Below are positions 1-14,324 of a stretch of DNA of 64,000 nt, piece by piece (positions within the stretch are counted from its first letter, which is position 1; every line of letters starts with the position of its first letter). The notes below the pieces were generated by a model. It did no database searches. It saw nothing but the letters and a program-made list of their open reading frames with translations, and was not told where the DNA came from. The translations under genes and the position numbers were made by a program. Origin of the DNA: Tubulanus polymorphus (lineage: Eukaryota > Animalia > Nemertea); NCBI RefSeq assembly GCF_964204645.1, contig NC_134026.1:3123950-3187949 (forward strand), in the 5' to 3' direction.

Positions 1-275
1 CTAAATCATAATTTTTTAATCCATTTGAAACTGTATTGAAGGATATCCAAAAAATCTGCATTGAGAGGGGTTCCTGAGAGAAAAGAGACTCCATGATTTG
101 AAAGTTTAACAATATGTCTCCATGCCTACCAACAGAAACTTGATACGTAGGCATGGAAACATATTGTTAAACTTTCAAATCATGGAGTCACTTCTCTTCA
201 TTTAACCCCTTTCAGTGAAGACTTTTTGGATATCCTTCAATACAGTTTCAAATGGATTAAAAAATGATGATTTAG
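1..275. mobile_element. Palindromic (fold-back) MITE-like element, possibly truncated by the window start
   Basis: The left half (ctaaatcat..ttttttaatccatttgaaactgtattgaaggatatccaaaaa..ctccatgatttgaaagtttaacaatatg..catgcctac) is the near-perfect reverse complement of the right half (gtaggcatg..catattgttaaactttcaaatcatggag..tttttggatatccttcaatacagtttcaaatggattaaaaaa..atgatttag). Confidence 0.75.
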
Positions 276-438
276 GTCGACTGCGTGTCCTTTCTGGTCC
301 TATTAAGACCTTTATCAGGTATGTACTACCAAAAATTAGTGAGCTAGGCCGGCCGGAATGCTCTCAAGTCAGTTGAAATAGACATTACCACAAATTAAAT
401 TTTGAAATGAATTCGAATCTTCACCTATCAGTACTTAC

Positions 439-1008
439 CATCAGAAGATGCAGCCGTTTCTTTTGCTATTAAATTCAAACCCTTATTTTGGAATGACGTA
501 AAACACTGATTCACTTTGTTTGTGTAAACACACGATTTCGCCGACGTTTCAACCGCCGAATTTAAAGATTTATTATTGTTGATTTTGCCTCGGATCGTCT
601 TCCTGCTGATGTTCCGCACTGTACGTGACGGCTTCTTTTTTGTCGGAGGCGAATCAGTGTTCGAATCGCTGGATAATTCTTTAACCACCGGCATCGGTTT
701 GCTCTTTTCATCGACACTCTCGTTAAATGAGCAGTCGAAATTCGGCAACTTCAAAGCATTACCCTGATCAAAGAAAATTGGTTTATTTTAGTAATTAGTA
801 TGACCAATCAATAACATTTCTGAGGAGGCATTCTTACTCCTAGAGTCGTTTTAAGACGTTGATCGATGAAAGCTTATTCAAAGACCCTACGTCAAAGACT
901 CAATCAAGACATTAGATTGCTCAGATAACTTACGCGGAAGTTGGCTTTAGCGTTGTTAGAACTTCTTTCCAATTCTTCATCGCTGGACAATACCAAAACA
1001 TCCGCCAT
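439..1008 (-). CDS. First two coding exons of an unidentified gene that continues left (low-complexity Ser/Lys-rich N-terminus)
   Basis: AAAATGGCG start at 1008. Exon 934-1008 (MADVLVLSSDEELERSSNNAKANFR, then GTAAGT). Exon 439-763 (polypyrimidine-CAG acceptor, in frame with ORF 428..754, GTAAGT donor). Confidence 0.6.
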
Positions 1009-1300
1009 TTTAACTCTCAGATTCTTCTCATCGCCGATAGATGGCGCTCGTCCAATCAATTTTTTGCTGCCTTCATTTACAAAAACATGAGATGAGATAT
1101 AAACAAAGGAATTAGGAACGATGGTAATGTACGGTACGGAGTGGATAATGAAATATGTCTAGCTAAGGCCTCGAAATAAGAGGAAAAGAGATGACGTCCT
1201 GTCGGAAGATAGATGGCGCTGCAATAGTAAGTTGATGTGTCAAAATGTCAAAATTTCCAATTCTAACTCGAATTTACGGTTATTATCAAACATAAGATGC
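1009..1300. promoter_or_regulatory. Probable bidirectional promoter with two TAGATGGCGCT motifs (CTCF/YY1-like)
   Basis: Lies between divergent genes. Identical 11-mers at 1038-1048 and 1210-1220. Confidence 0.45.
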
Positions 1301-1654
1301 TGATAATGTGAATTAAAGGAAAGAACTGAATTATACCCACCATTCTTCAGACAGTCTTTACATCTTTTTAGTCTTAAAACCCGGAAAAATGTGTTTAAAC
1401 CGTGCGCCGGTTCAGTCAATTCAATACAAATTTAAGAGAAGACTGAAATTTATTTCAACTGTTTTCATTGTGGGTTGAAATGTACAAACATCTATAGCTG
1501 GAGAAAATATGAAACTTCTCATGTATTTCAATGCTGCTAATATTTCCCTTTTAGATGAAATTCTGCAAGAGTGCCTTTTTGTCGCGAAATGATTAGTCCG
1601 ATGAATATGGGTCTTTCCTAGTTTGATAGCGAGTCTTTGTAAGGTGTGAGAAAA

Positions 1655-4004
1655 ATGAATCTTAGACCTATAACTCGGAAGATACCTCTCGGTTTTTGGT
1701 ACGGAAGTCTAAGTTTCTTCCAATCGATGCTTCACAACTTATTTCTGTTGTACCACATCGAAACGTTCGTTTCCGTTTATAAAATAGACAAGACTTCATT
1801 TTGGATCGGCGAAACGATATTTCTCATTTGGAATTCGTGTAACGACCCGCTTTTCGGTTGGATCAGCGATAAAAACCTTCTGAAAACCGCGGATGAAGTT
1901 CCGGTGCCTAACATCGTCCAGAAACGATTATCAGCTCTCGCGTGGAACGGACCCCTTTACGGATTATCGTTTATGACTTTCTGGTTTGAATGGGCTCCGC
2001 CGGCGATTCAATTTACAGTTTGTTTATGTCTTTACGATGGATTTCTAACCGTCATTGATTTACACCATTCGGCGTTGTTGGCTGATTTAGCTGTCAGCGC
2101 GGAAAAAAGAACTCGTCTGAATTCTTTCTGCTCGGTTTTCTGCGCTCTAGGATCGCTGTCGGTGTTCATGTCGTATTTGTTCTGGAAACACAATAATATG
2201 TTTCAGTTTAAGTTGTTCTGCGCTATCCTGGCTGTCATATCGATGGCTGGATTTTCGTTCGTCTGTAAAATCTTGAGGAAGTATTACATCAAAATTGCGA
2301 AAAATGAAATTGCACAAAATCAGGATTTTCATCCAGTAAGGTACGTTATATCAGCTGAAATCCTTTTTGAAAGATAACTTCATTCGTCTGATTAATTTCT
2401 TTGATTGATCAACTTCTTCATAAATTATAACTAATTCTTTAAATAGTGTGAACTTTTACCAACTCTGATTTGTCACTTTCATTTTGTTTATTTGTTATAT
2501 TTCAGAAGCTGTGATTATGGTCACTACTCTCAACCTGTCTCCAAAACTACAGACTCGATGAAATCATTTCTTCATCAATTGATCGGCCAGAAAAATTTTA
2601 TATGGTTTGCTTTGATGAATCTTATCCAGGTCTGGTAACCGGTAGTTTCATGTACATTCAGTAGAACCCACTTAATTCGGATTGTTTGTGACTGAGAAAT
2701 TCATTCGGTTTATGAGAGGTCCATGAATTAATCTGGATTAAACTGAGCCGAATTAAATGTGTTCGACTGTATATGTTTAGGAGCCAGTCCAACTTTGATC
2801 CCATTTTATACGTAATACCCCTACCTTCTGTTACAGGTCTTTCACTGCCATTTTAACAGCAATTTTTTCCCGTTATTCCTTGATAATTTGGTGGCCGAGT
2901 CGATTTCGCCAACTGCTGCATCTATCCTGCTGGGTAAGGATTCTTGTCTGACAATTTCAGCTATATGATTACTTATATTTGGCGATTACTGACGATAAAT
3001 GTGTATATTTGATATTGCAGGTATATCATTTGTAGCTCCTCACGTGAATAATCTTTATTTCCTGAGTTTATGTCGTAAATATGGTGTATACAAGGTCATT
3101 CAAGTTCTGTTTCTCGTTAAACTGGTGCTCTGCATGATTATGTTTTCCTTAGGACCGAGTCATGTATGGATGCTCTGTCTCTTCATAGCAAGGTACTTCA
3201 TATTCAAGCACTGTTTTTCTAAATTGACATTTCATTTTGTAATTGTGGTAGAATTGTCAAAATGCTCGAGAAATATCTAAAAATTCTCATGGCTGTTAAA
3301 TGAGGAGGTCGTCGATTGTCTGGACGAGATATATCCCATGTATTCTGGGAAGGGCAATGAGTTTGAAAAAGGTTTAATTGGAATGGGATGTAGTGTCATG
3401 TATATTTTGTCAGTCCATTTTTTGCGAGCACTGCTTGGAATAACAATTCAGATCGGCTAAATCTTTTCAATTTCTCTTTTCAGTAATCGTGTTTTTACAG
3501 AAGGAACGTGTAAATTGTTGAATCTGGTGATTAGCGATTTAGTAGATGAAGATTATGTAATTCATTGTCGCCAACAGGCTGTGTCTGCGTTAATGTTTGG
3601 AATGACTGCGTTTCTATCAAAACCAGGTCAAACCTTCGCTCCACTTATTGGCACATGGTTACTTTCCGTTCAAACTGGTGCGTTGACTTACAATACACGA
3701 TACACTTATATAAATTGATTTAGTAATTTCTTCATTAATTTGCTGACACTTCTATTTTCTTGAAATTCTAGGGCATGATATATTCCAATCCGGTGGTATG
3801 GACGGCTCCATAAAACTAGATATACAGAAACTAGACATCGAATCAAAACAGGTTTATAAGAGAGGCTGTTTTGATATTCTGATCTACGTGCCAGTTGCCT
3901 GCGCAGTACTTCAGCTTATAGCGTGGTCCAAGTTCACTCTTCACGGAAAACGACTTCGTTGGATCAAACAAGTCCGAGCCGGAAGTGAACACAGGACTGT
4001 CTAG
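1655..4004 (+). CDS. MFSD13A: Transmembrane protein 180 / MFS domain-containing 13A, 6 coding exons
   Basis: Motifs [95 protein letters not shown]. Approximate exons 1655-2340, 2506-2629, 2837-2933, 3021-3192, 3484-3677, 3771-4004, all GT-AG. Confidence 0.9.
2659..2769. mobile_element. Small Tc1/mariner-pogo-type MITE in an intron
   Basis: Imperfect TIRs cagtagaacccacttaattcgg / ccgaattaaatgtgttcgactg, followed by TA. Confidence 0.55.
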
Positions 4005-4610
4005 TTTATGTGTGTGAACATAATTGAAGTATGCAACCTGCTTAAACAAAATTATGTCATCAAATACATATTTATTTCCATCCTCTGTGTTCAAAAGCAA
4101 ATTCATCAAAAATCAACTGATATAAATAGTGCTGTCGAGAAATTTCTCTGACCAATATTGTCATTCTAAATTCAAGACATTACCGAAAATATCTTGCACC
4201 AATGTACGTATACAACCAGCAGTAAATAAGGTACACACTGATTCTGTTTTAAGGGAGATAATGATAGTATTTTACTATAAAATATTCATGTTGTTTAAGG
4301 AAAATATTATATTTATATCTACAAAAATAAACCTGCCATATTTACATCTTGATATCAGAGTAATTAATTGAAAATCCTGATGGAATTTAGGAGAGGATGT
4401 TCTTCATCTGTTTTGATCTTCCACTGATGACAAAAATGGCTGGCAATAGCTGATGATCAATCAACTGAATAGGATTCGTGAGGATATTTAACCCAGTATA
4501 TTGCTATTGTATGACAGTGCAAGAAGATAGTGATAACTGAATACTTTAAAAATATAGTTTATTTCAAAACAGAATAAAAGAGACCGAATGATTCATAGAT
4601 ACTTCATCTA

Positions 4611-7600
4611 TCACACTACATCAGGTGGTTGTATATATTTTAGACATAAAGTTGCCAATACAAAAGTCATTGTTACAAGTGTATACATTCCCTCGTAGAG
4701 TATCTTCGGTGAGAAAACAGTCCACACGAAGAGATGATACCTTAAAACCATAGCATTTATCGAGAAAAAAGCTATGACGATACATCTAAATAGTAATATA
4801 CTGGCACAACATACTATCACATCCTGATGTGACCTACAAAGATGAAAATGATAAAAATCCACGGTTATGTTAAAAAATACTCCCGAAGAGCTGATAAAGA
4901 TTGATGAGACAATGGACTGACCTTTTACGCTTCTTTGATACAAGGAGTTTAATAAAACTTGTCATCCAGAATAGAGGTCCTATGAATGTTGATATAGCCA
5001 TCAAGATACCTATTATAACCGGATTATAGCCAGATAAACCTACATAACCAGCAGATACATCAACTGTACTGATACTGTTTGAATTACCCTATAAAAAATA
5101 GTAGTGAAATGTGTATAGAGTATTGAAGGCTGTGAATCCTTACAATTCATGCGAGTATTTTACTAACCTGCTGAAAAAATGCTGCATTTCCGATCCATAG
5201 ATATATAATCATCACAGTAAACTGAGAATTCTTTAATTTCGGAATGATGTTTGAACTGAGTAAATGCTCTAGTAGTATATTCATCGAGAATTGTACAATA
5301 TTATGCGGTCGTAAGAGTAATAATCCTAGAACGCATAACGCGCATTGTCCATCGACAAAAGTTCCTTCATATCTGACATCCATGAAGCTTAGTTTCGAAG
5401 AGAAACATTGTTTTAATAGCGTCGAAACTACCATCGCGAACAAAGCTGCAAAAACGATTTGTGCTTCAAATATTCCCCTGATAAAGAGAAAGGATATCAT
5501 ATTAAATTATCGTTTCAGCTTGCTGTGGCATATACTGCATACAGTTATAATGAGATAGAATGCAAACTTACTTTGAACTGGGATTATTGGCGAAAGGAAG
5601 CCACAAATAATCTGTCCTGGCTCGGAACAAATATATCACCAGCAATGAAACAGCAAGAAGTAACCGATAGACTGGAGTCAATCCTTTTCTGATAAATATT
5701 ACGTAAGTCATGCACAATGACGAGCACACCAACGCTGACAGCCAGTTCTTATTTTCAGGTCTGCGAGAAATTTATCAGTTTTAGGTTTTCATTTGCTCAA
5801 TGATAAGATGTACTGATAGGAATGTTATCGCATTTACCTGACTAACCAGTCACCGATATCAGGAAGATGAGACCATTTATCCCCAGTTTGATTCCAAGCC
5901 CGCAAAATCCGATTCAAGATGAACACAGAACCGATGAAAATATAGTCGATGAATCTACTATTTTGTTTCCCATTCGTCGAGTCTTCTTTCACCAGGAGAA
6001 AATTTTCGCAGCTATCATCGTTGATTTGTGAAGTTTCTATGTTGACAAAATGCATCTGGACAAGCCGAGCAAACATGGCTATATAAACAGTTGTGGTGAA
6101 GAAATACCAGGTCTGATGTTCTTCTTCAACAAAACTGCTCGACATCAGTGATAATGCATGGCCAAGTGTACCGAGAATAAGCAGTATTGTACCTGATTTC
6201 TTAAAGCGAGTTAACTAGAAAGAATGGAATATCATTTTAATTTGGGATGAATTATACAAAGGCATATTATATATATTGTCATTATGACTCACCATTGAAC
6301 AGATTAATTTAGGCATTCCTGATGTACATAATAATATCCATGAGATTTGGAGAGCTAATCCACAATAAAACATCCCTACTGCAGTTAGGTGTAAATGTGT
6401 TTTCGGACATAGTGTCTCTCCTTTGTATGAACTAGTACAAATGACAACTTGAACAGTCGCAATCACAAAAAGGCTCAGAATCGGAAGCCATATAGATAAG
6501 GATGTAGGTACATTTACTGGTTGAAAATCATCTTGAATGATGGTTATATATGAGAGCATTACCTGTAAAATAGAGGTGAACATTCATAACCTGTCAGATC
6601 AATGAGTCCCAAACAGAACGGAATATGCTTACCATCCAAATGATCATTATTCCAGTGATGATCGCATGCATGTCATATTGTAACAATGATTTACTTAGTG
6701 AATTCCTCATTTTGATAGCAGCGCTTGAGTATAGATTGATTATCTTGTGATAATGATCACTTATTGCACCTTGTTTCAACCAATCCATATGAGCTTGATA
6801 TGCCCTGTTGTACGAATCCATTTCTAAAAGTTTTAAAATGTACTTTTTAAGTAAAACTTCAAAAACTAAATCTTTTAAATGGTCTCATCATACCTTGTCC
6901 TCCTCCAGTACCAATATTGAGACTATACAGATTAGCTATTTGCTTCGCATTTTGATAAAAGGCTGTTAATTTCTCCTTCGGTGAATAACCTTTCAGTCCT
7001 TCCTTACTGATAACACCCAAGTTATTAAGTGGAATCGGTAATCCGAGTAACACAGACAGCAAAGGTACTGTATCAATTTGATAAATATCGGGGCGATTGT
7101 TCACTAGAAATATAGAAGCAGTAGCACGTCAATTCAAGAGCAACTAGATAATGAATATGGCTTATTCAAAACAATTTGTACATACCGCTGATGTTACGAT
7201 CAGCAATCATGATGAAAGGAGTAATGGTTTCACTGGGTGATGATCCACCGTGACTGCCTTGATCACTCATTCCATGATCGCCACAAACCACTAACAGAGT
7301 TTCTTTATCTCCCTGTAACTATATCATAAGAATAGAATTCAACTATCTGATATGTTAAATTAGTCACCAATAATTCAAGATGTTTCACAAACCTGGATAA
7401 GTTCTTTATCTAATTTTTCGATAATTTGGTCCATTTCGTTCAGTTTTGGAGGGACTAGAGGGCTCTTCGGTCCCGCTGTATGTCCGATATGATCCAATCC
7501 CAAATAGTGCAGTATCAGCACATTCCAGTCAGAGTTTCTGATTTCATTATCAAGATGCCGAGTGACATTTACATCCACCTAATCAGATAACAATTTTTTT

Positions 7601-8481
7601 CAAAGTGTTAGCCATTTCATGAAAAGTAATAATTCCACAAATACTTGGTTGAAGGATGAATTACCTCGGTATAATCTGTAACAAAGAATGAAGTTGTTCC
7701 TTCTGATCTGATGAAATGATGAGGAAATAGACGTAACCAAGTATCATCACCATAAAAAACCAACTTTCGTTCATTTCTGTAAAGTTGCGTAATCAAGTTG
7801 TCTATTCTTAATTCTTGTGAATCAAAGTTAAGGACGACATCTATAAACCCAGGGATATCACCACTTGTCATTGCCTATAGATGTAACACATAAATATGAA
7901 TAATTTATTTGCGTTCATATTATCAATAATAATATCAATGCTGGTTATGCAATAATGGATAATGAAATACATAGGGAAAGGAAGTATTCACTTATAAATA
8001 CGTAGGCTACGGGGTAATTTACATTTTAATCATTACCTTTATTCTGGGCATAGTAACAGTAGGAGGATGGGCGGATGCAGTGTATGTTTGAGTTCGGGAT
8101 GAATTTATCATCTTCGAAAGATACGGCATATCTATCGATTCATACACGTTATCAGCTCTCAAAGCATCAATCAGAACTACTACCATCCGATCATAAAGTG
8201 AACGCAGTCTTTGCCCATCGACTGAAACATTTGGATAAATGTAACCAATATGATTAAGCATGTCATACAGTGGATGATATATAAACAAGCCTCAGATAAA
8301 TCACTGAATGGTGGGAAAACTTACCATTTGCGAGTAAATCTGAATCATTATGAACAGCGTATCCTTCTAAGTGATTTTTACTCGGAAAAAAGCCTTTCAT
8401 AAATACAGCAAATCCTGATAAATGCATAAATGCTATGATCGCGATTAGCCAGCTCATATGACCATGACGACTGCTGTTCAT
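4611..8481 (-). CDS. PIGG: GPI ethanolamine phosphate transferase 2 (multi-exon; 5'UTR exon donor near 8939)
   Basis: Motifs KGFFP, VVVLIDALRAD, HPPTVTMPRIK, FYGDDTWLRLFP, SEGTTSFFVTDYTEVD, ILHYLGLDHIGHTAGP, CGDHGMSDQGSHGGSS, SSSFVEEEHQTWYF, WNQTGDKW, GNSNSISTVDVSAGYVG, RYHLFVWTVFSPKILYE across consecutive exons. Confidence 0.95.
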
Positions 8482-8939
8482 TGTTTCACTTTTTTTTAAC
8501 CAAACTAGAAAAACATACGAAGGTTACATATAATAGCACATATTTCTAAAAGCTTCAATCGGCAGAATGAGTGTTCTCAATTAATGTTTGCATCTTAGAA
8601 TGAATAGACCAAACTTAAATAGCTGTACTGTAACATTGTATTTCACTTGAACATTATCATTATACATAGATATAACAGTAAGACAGTACTCTATATTTCC
8701 CATAAGTAATGATGAATTAATGTACATTTGCATTGATAATGTATATTTGCATTGAAAATGCTGAAACGATATCTGGGATTCGAACCCAAAATCTCGGATT
8801 AGAACTCATCAAGTGACATTTGGCTCATTTTTCCTTTAAATTGCCAATTATTTTTGAGGCTTGTAATTTACATTATTATTGAATAATAGCAGGAGTTCAT
8901 TAAAGTATTTTGAAAGAATACTTATTTAGTTTAACTTAC

Positions 8940-9137
8940 CAAAAACAACTTTTACAATTTCTTTCCTGTCAAAATATTCATTACATCTGCATTCAACATT
9001 CTAACCAGAGACAATTCTCAAGGTCGTTGAGCTAGTTGCACTTACTCGTGTGAAAATCTTTCATTTTCTCATAAAAACGTCTAAAAAGGTGCTAAAATCA
9101 GGTTAATATCTAGTGTAGATGAGCCTAGAGGACGAAC
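8940..9137. promoter_or_regulatory. Compact bidirectional promoter/5'UTRs shared by PIGG and BUD23
   Basis: Minus-strand GTAAGT donor near 8939 and BUD23 ATG at 9138 are about 200 bp apart, head to head. Confidence 0.55.
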
Positions 9138-10928
9138 ATGTCTTCAGGAAAACGTCCCGAGCATCAAGCCCCGCCTGAAATAGTATGTATGACTGAAATA
9201 AATTAATGAAATTGAAGAAATACTTGCGTTACTACTTACTACACTCTAGAATTACGTACTGCTTATCAATGTACTATTGTTTACACCTTTTACTTCTAGT
9301 TTTATAATGAAAGTGAAGCTCGAAAGTATACGTCAAAGTAAGTTGAAAAATGAACATGTTATTTCAAGTGCCACATAATTCAATACACTACACATCAAAC
9401 AGACTCCAAACATCTATAAAACTCTTACTTCTTTTCAATTTCAGTTCACGTATGATTGAAATACAACAGAAATTATCAGAGAGAGCGATAGAATTGTTAG
9501 CACTTCCTGATGATGTGCCTTGTTTAGTGTTAGATATAGGGTCTGTAACTATCTTATATCACCCGGTATGAATCAATGAATCAACTTCAATCGATGATAC
9601 TTGTTTTATCTGCGTTGTTTTTTATTTCTAGATGCGGTTCTGGATTAAGTGGAGAATGTTTGACCGATCAAGGCCACATTTGGGTTGGAATGGATATTAG
9701 CTCTGATATGTTAGGTAAATAAACACCGACGAATCCTAGTCTAAAACTTATAGATCCAACAGTTTCATTACCGGTAGATAATGATATTCATCATTTGCTG
9801 TTTGTATTACGTGTTTAGATATAGCTGTTGAGAGAGAAGTGGAAGGTGATCTGATTTTAGCCGATATGGGTTATGGCATGCCATATAGACCAGGATCTTT
9901 TGATGGTTGCATCAGGTATGATACTGCTTGAAATACTTGTCAAATAGAAATGTTACATGCACCCAAATTGATTAAGAAAACTAACTAATTATTCATTGCA
10001 GTATCTCGGCGCTACAGTGGCTTGGTAATGCTGATAAGTCGTATCATAATCCAGCTAAGAGACTGTACAAGTTCTTTTCAACACTTTATGCTACGTTGGT
10101 ATGGATTAATAACTAAGTGTATTGCTGAAAGAAATTCAGATTCCTATTGCATTTCAAATTTACTTCATTGTTATTTCAGGCAAGAGGAAGTAGAGCTGTG
10201 TTCCAGTTGTATCCTGAAAGTAGTTCTCAGGTAATTTGTTAATCTCTTATATTATAGGGTGTTCTTTCCTCGCTTTGTGTATGACATCACTCTTTTTGCT
10301 CATCTTTTTATAGTTAGAACTGATAACACAGCAGGCAATGAAAGCAGGTTTCACTGGTGGTCTCGTTGTTGACTATCCAAATAGTTCAAAAGCTAAAAAG
10401 TGAGCGAAATTCAAAGACAATTGTACTCATACAACATAATGATTAACACATATCTCGATTTTCCTGTATCAAAAAACATCTGAGCGTATCGAGAGTTGAC
10501 ATGCTGTTGTTTTCTTTCAGAATGTTTCTTTGTCTGTTAACTGGTGGTCAGACACAGTTACCTGCTGCATTAGGAACGGAAGCTAGTCAAAGTCAATCAA
10601 ACCAGATATCTTTCACTAATAAAAGGTACCATTTTTGATAGTCTACAAACAAATTTGATGAAATATTCCATTTTGATTTTTATACAAATGCGATATATAT
10701 GTTAACAGGGAGAAAATGAAGAAGATTCGAGGGAAACCTCCAAAGAAATCTCGCGATTGGATTTTAGAGAAAAAGGAAAGGCGCAGACGTCAGGGAAAGT
10801 AAGTTTATTCAGATATAGATCATATATCGGGAGATTCTGTGTAATAACATCAAAACATTATTGATAATTTTAGGGAAGTGAGAGACAACAACAAATACAC
10901 TGGAAGAAAAAGGAAGAATGCTTTCTAA
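9138..10928 (+). CDS. BUD23: 18S rRNA (guanine-N7) methyltransferase BUD23/WBSCR22, 11 exons
   Basis: Spliced translation [122 protein letters not shown]. All introns GT-AG. Confidence 0.95.
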
Positions 10929-12698
10929 TAGTAGAATGTATACTTTTATATTGTAAATATCAATGATAAATGGAAAAAAAATGGAAGTGAAATATGTATT
11001 CTTCTGTTTGTTTTGTATTGGATTCTCAATTTCGGAGCTGCTTCAGATGTTGAAGAGTTTCAATATTTCAGGAGTTTTTGAAGTGATCAATGTTGTAGTA
11101 GTGGTTGGACAGTCGACAGTAATGCACAATCAGGGGACCTCAGTGTTAGCAAATATTGATATGTGACGATGACTTAGCCGAATATATGGAAAAATATATG
11201 GTAACCAACTATAGTCGATTTTGACCGAAGATCTTTATTCCGTTCGTGCCAAAAGCTATAGTTCGTTAATTCAGTCATGGAGGTCTCTCGTACCTGTTTA
11301 TGAGGTCCAATACAATCATAGAATATAAAAAAGAAATATCGAGTATGGTTTGCACCCTACTTTGGATTGGGCTGTGTATGTAGAACTGGCTGAAGAAGCG
11401 ATTTCCTTCAAAATTCTCAAAACGACAACAAAATAGTTTCATTCATTCTACATGATTATAACTGTTTATTAGTGGTCTTTCTATTCACATGATAATGCTT
11501 ACAATTTGTACAGAGAGAGCAGTGAATATGTACATACACAGCAACTTGCACAACATAACAGGAATAGTTGAAAAAAATATCTTGGTCAACGGCAAACGCT
11601 ACTAAATCGCGCCAACGAATTATGGCATTGCTTCGTCACCAAGATATATAGTCATGATTAAAATTCTATCAGTAAAAAACATTCAAACTAAATGATACCT
11701 CGTATGCTTAGAGAGGGAAAGTCTGGAATGAGACAAAACTCTTCTGGGCCAGTTTTTAAAAAGGTAATAAGCGCTTGAAGAGGAAATGAGAAGGAATATA
11801 ACGTTCATTAACAGGTTATATATCATCACCACAGTCAACAAACGTGTTTCTAACAACAAAATTTTAACGGAATTGTATTGCTTATAAGTCTTTTTAAAAA
11901 CTTAATAAATAAAAGGACATTTTTGTAGTCCAAAAAAATGTACATAGATTTGTAAAAATGCGTGAAACAACAAGCGATATTCAATGAAAGATTAATCCGC
12001 GTTCAACAGGCGATTCACATGATAAGAAAACTGTGGATGAAGATATTTGTATTTGCTACTTATTCCTTTATTCAAAATGACTAAGTCGTTGAAACAATGA
12101 CTACACGAACTAACTACGAAAACATGAATAAAATCAGAAGAAACTCAAAAGTTATTTGGGATCAGGGAATATAGAGATATGCCTCAAACCAGTGAAACTT
12201 TTAGCCCATGATACAAAATATTTCTAATCTCAAATATCTGCACTACATGGATATGTTACACATGTATGATTATAATGTGATATAATAGTATTAATAATAA
12301 TAATGATAATAATAATCATATAATTATTAATGATGATAATATTGAAATGTGTTATACATTATTGTTACTGATCGATAAAATAGCATATTAAAGTATAAAA
12401 AATCTCTATTTTTACAAACACCTCTGTAAAAGTTGAACGCCCATCTAATTTATAGTACAGAATCAAATCAGAATTTACACAATGTTTTAAACATGCACAG
12501 TCATTACATAATTCTGCAACACAGGACTCCCATAAAGAATTTTCACGAACTTTGGTTTTTAAGTATAGTCAACCTTCGATATACCATCTACATCGGATTT
12601 TCAGGGTTTTGGCTGTATAGAGAATGTAGCGGGTTAATTTTCTGACTAGTTCCAAGACAAAATGCAGATGTTCCACACTTTGACGTGGAGAATAGATA

Positions 12699-12910
12699 AT
12701 AAGTTTAAAACATTCTGATTAAAAAGAAGAATAAAAGCGAATTTCATTCATCAAAAATTAAAAACAAAAGGACACGAAGTTTTGAACTCTCGCTAGAGAT
12801 CATCGTCTTCTCTAGCGAGAGTTCAAAACTTCGTGTCTGATTTTAACCTGTAATAAATAAAAATCGCTTTCACTCTTTTAAACTTTGTATATAGCGGATT
12901 TTAAACTTAT
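12699..12910. repeat. Fold-back element with a perfect 29-bp inner stem
   Basis: 12771-12799 is the exact reverse complement of 12809-12837 (9-nt loop). Decayed outer arms ataagtttaaaa/ttttaaacttat and aaagcga/tcgcttt. Confidence 0.8.
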
Positions 12911-14324
12911 TGCAGATATACCGTTTTTAGATAAAAACCCTGCGTTAGGCAGGGTGGCGGTATATCGGGGTCGACTAAAGTAGAACGAATTCATCATTCA
13001 AATAAATGTTTGGACACACTTGCTAACGCCAGGTCTGCCAGCATCTTCGTGGTCATTCGAGGCTTCTCAATATATACACGGGCCAGTAAGGAACTCAGGA
13101 GAACGTGCATTTTTGTTTCAAAAAAACCTTAGAAATGATTTCAATCACAGCAACATAGAACATTATGTAGCTACGTACAAACCTGCAAAGAGTTATCAAA
13201 GCGTTTGTAGATAGAGCTAGAAGCATGAGAAATGGAGTGAAGTATTTATCTACGTTAAGTAGCAAGATAGTTAGAAGTTTCACTTTATACTCTTGATCGC
13301 CACACTTTTGATGACGTTTGGGCGAAAAATTGAACACAGATCGAAAATCAATGCAGACGATATGTCGTTTACGTGTGTTATTCACATTCAATTACTTATT
13401 AGTTTGCATCACTCCACGAGCTCCAGGTGGAAAATACTCGATGGCAAATAGTTGATGACGAATTGTTTTCTTCGGTATTCGACTTCTCTGTGTATAAACA
13501 AAGTTTTATTTAGCTCCGCAAACAGAAATATATTCGATTTTGTCGTAAAAATATATATATGTACAACATTTCAAAATATGTTTGATGTATCGTCGTCTTA
13601 CTGTCTGATCACTCTAACAATGACGACATTGTCATTTTACATTTGTATATATATATCATACTGGCTTTAGGCTTATCTAAGCTTGTTGAGAATTTTGAAT
13701 GTCAAGAGGATAATTAAATTGAAAAAAAGAAATCTATTAACAAACTGATCAATAGGTCGAGTTCGATGACACTGATGTATGCGACGCAAGAAAATCGTAT
13801 CCTAGATTTAATGAAGCGTATGAAATAAAGTACATTTACATTTTTAGCTGAATATACCTTATAGGCGTAACCGTAAACTACGTACATATAGAGATATAGT
13901 AGAGTCCAAGTTTATTGTCTTTTTCTTTGTTTGTTTTATCATATTATATAGAAAGGAAGAACGTTAGACCACAAAAACACAACACGAAAGTGCAGCTTAT
14001 AATTATTATATGAAAGCTAGTATTTGCATATATTAAGAAGTTTAGAGGTTCTTTGTAACGATATGGCTATTTTTATGTATTAAGATGTGTTTTAAACTGA
14101 CTGTATGTGATCTAATCATAGCGCCGCTGTAAAGATCTTTTGCAACAGCACCGAAATAACTCTCGAATCGACTAATTTTGATCACCATTTCGGAGAACAA
14201 AACTGATTACGTAAAATCAATTTTGTAAGACTATTTCTGATTACTCGTAGTAATCGCCGGCTCCATTGACGCGCTACGTTATTCTCTTTTAGATAAATGA
14301 TATGTTTATAGATATGGGACTACG

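Noticed and set aside
8771-8807. tRNA-like 3' half on the minus strand (TTCTAAT..GGGTTCGAATCCC)
   Set aside because: No D arm or acceptor stem; at most a decayed tRNA/SINE fragment.
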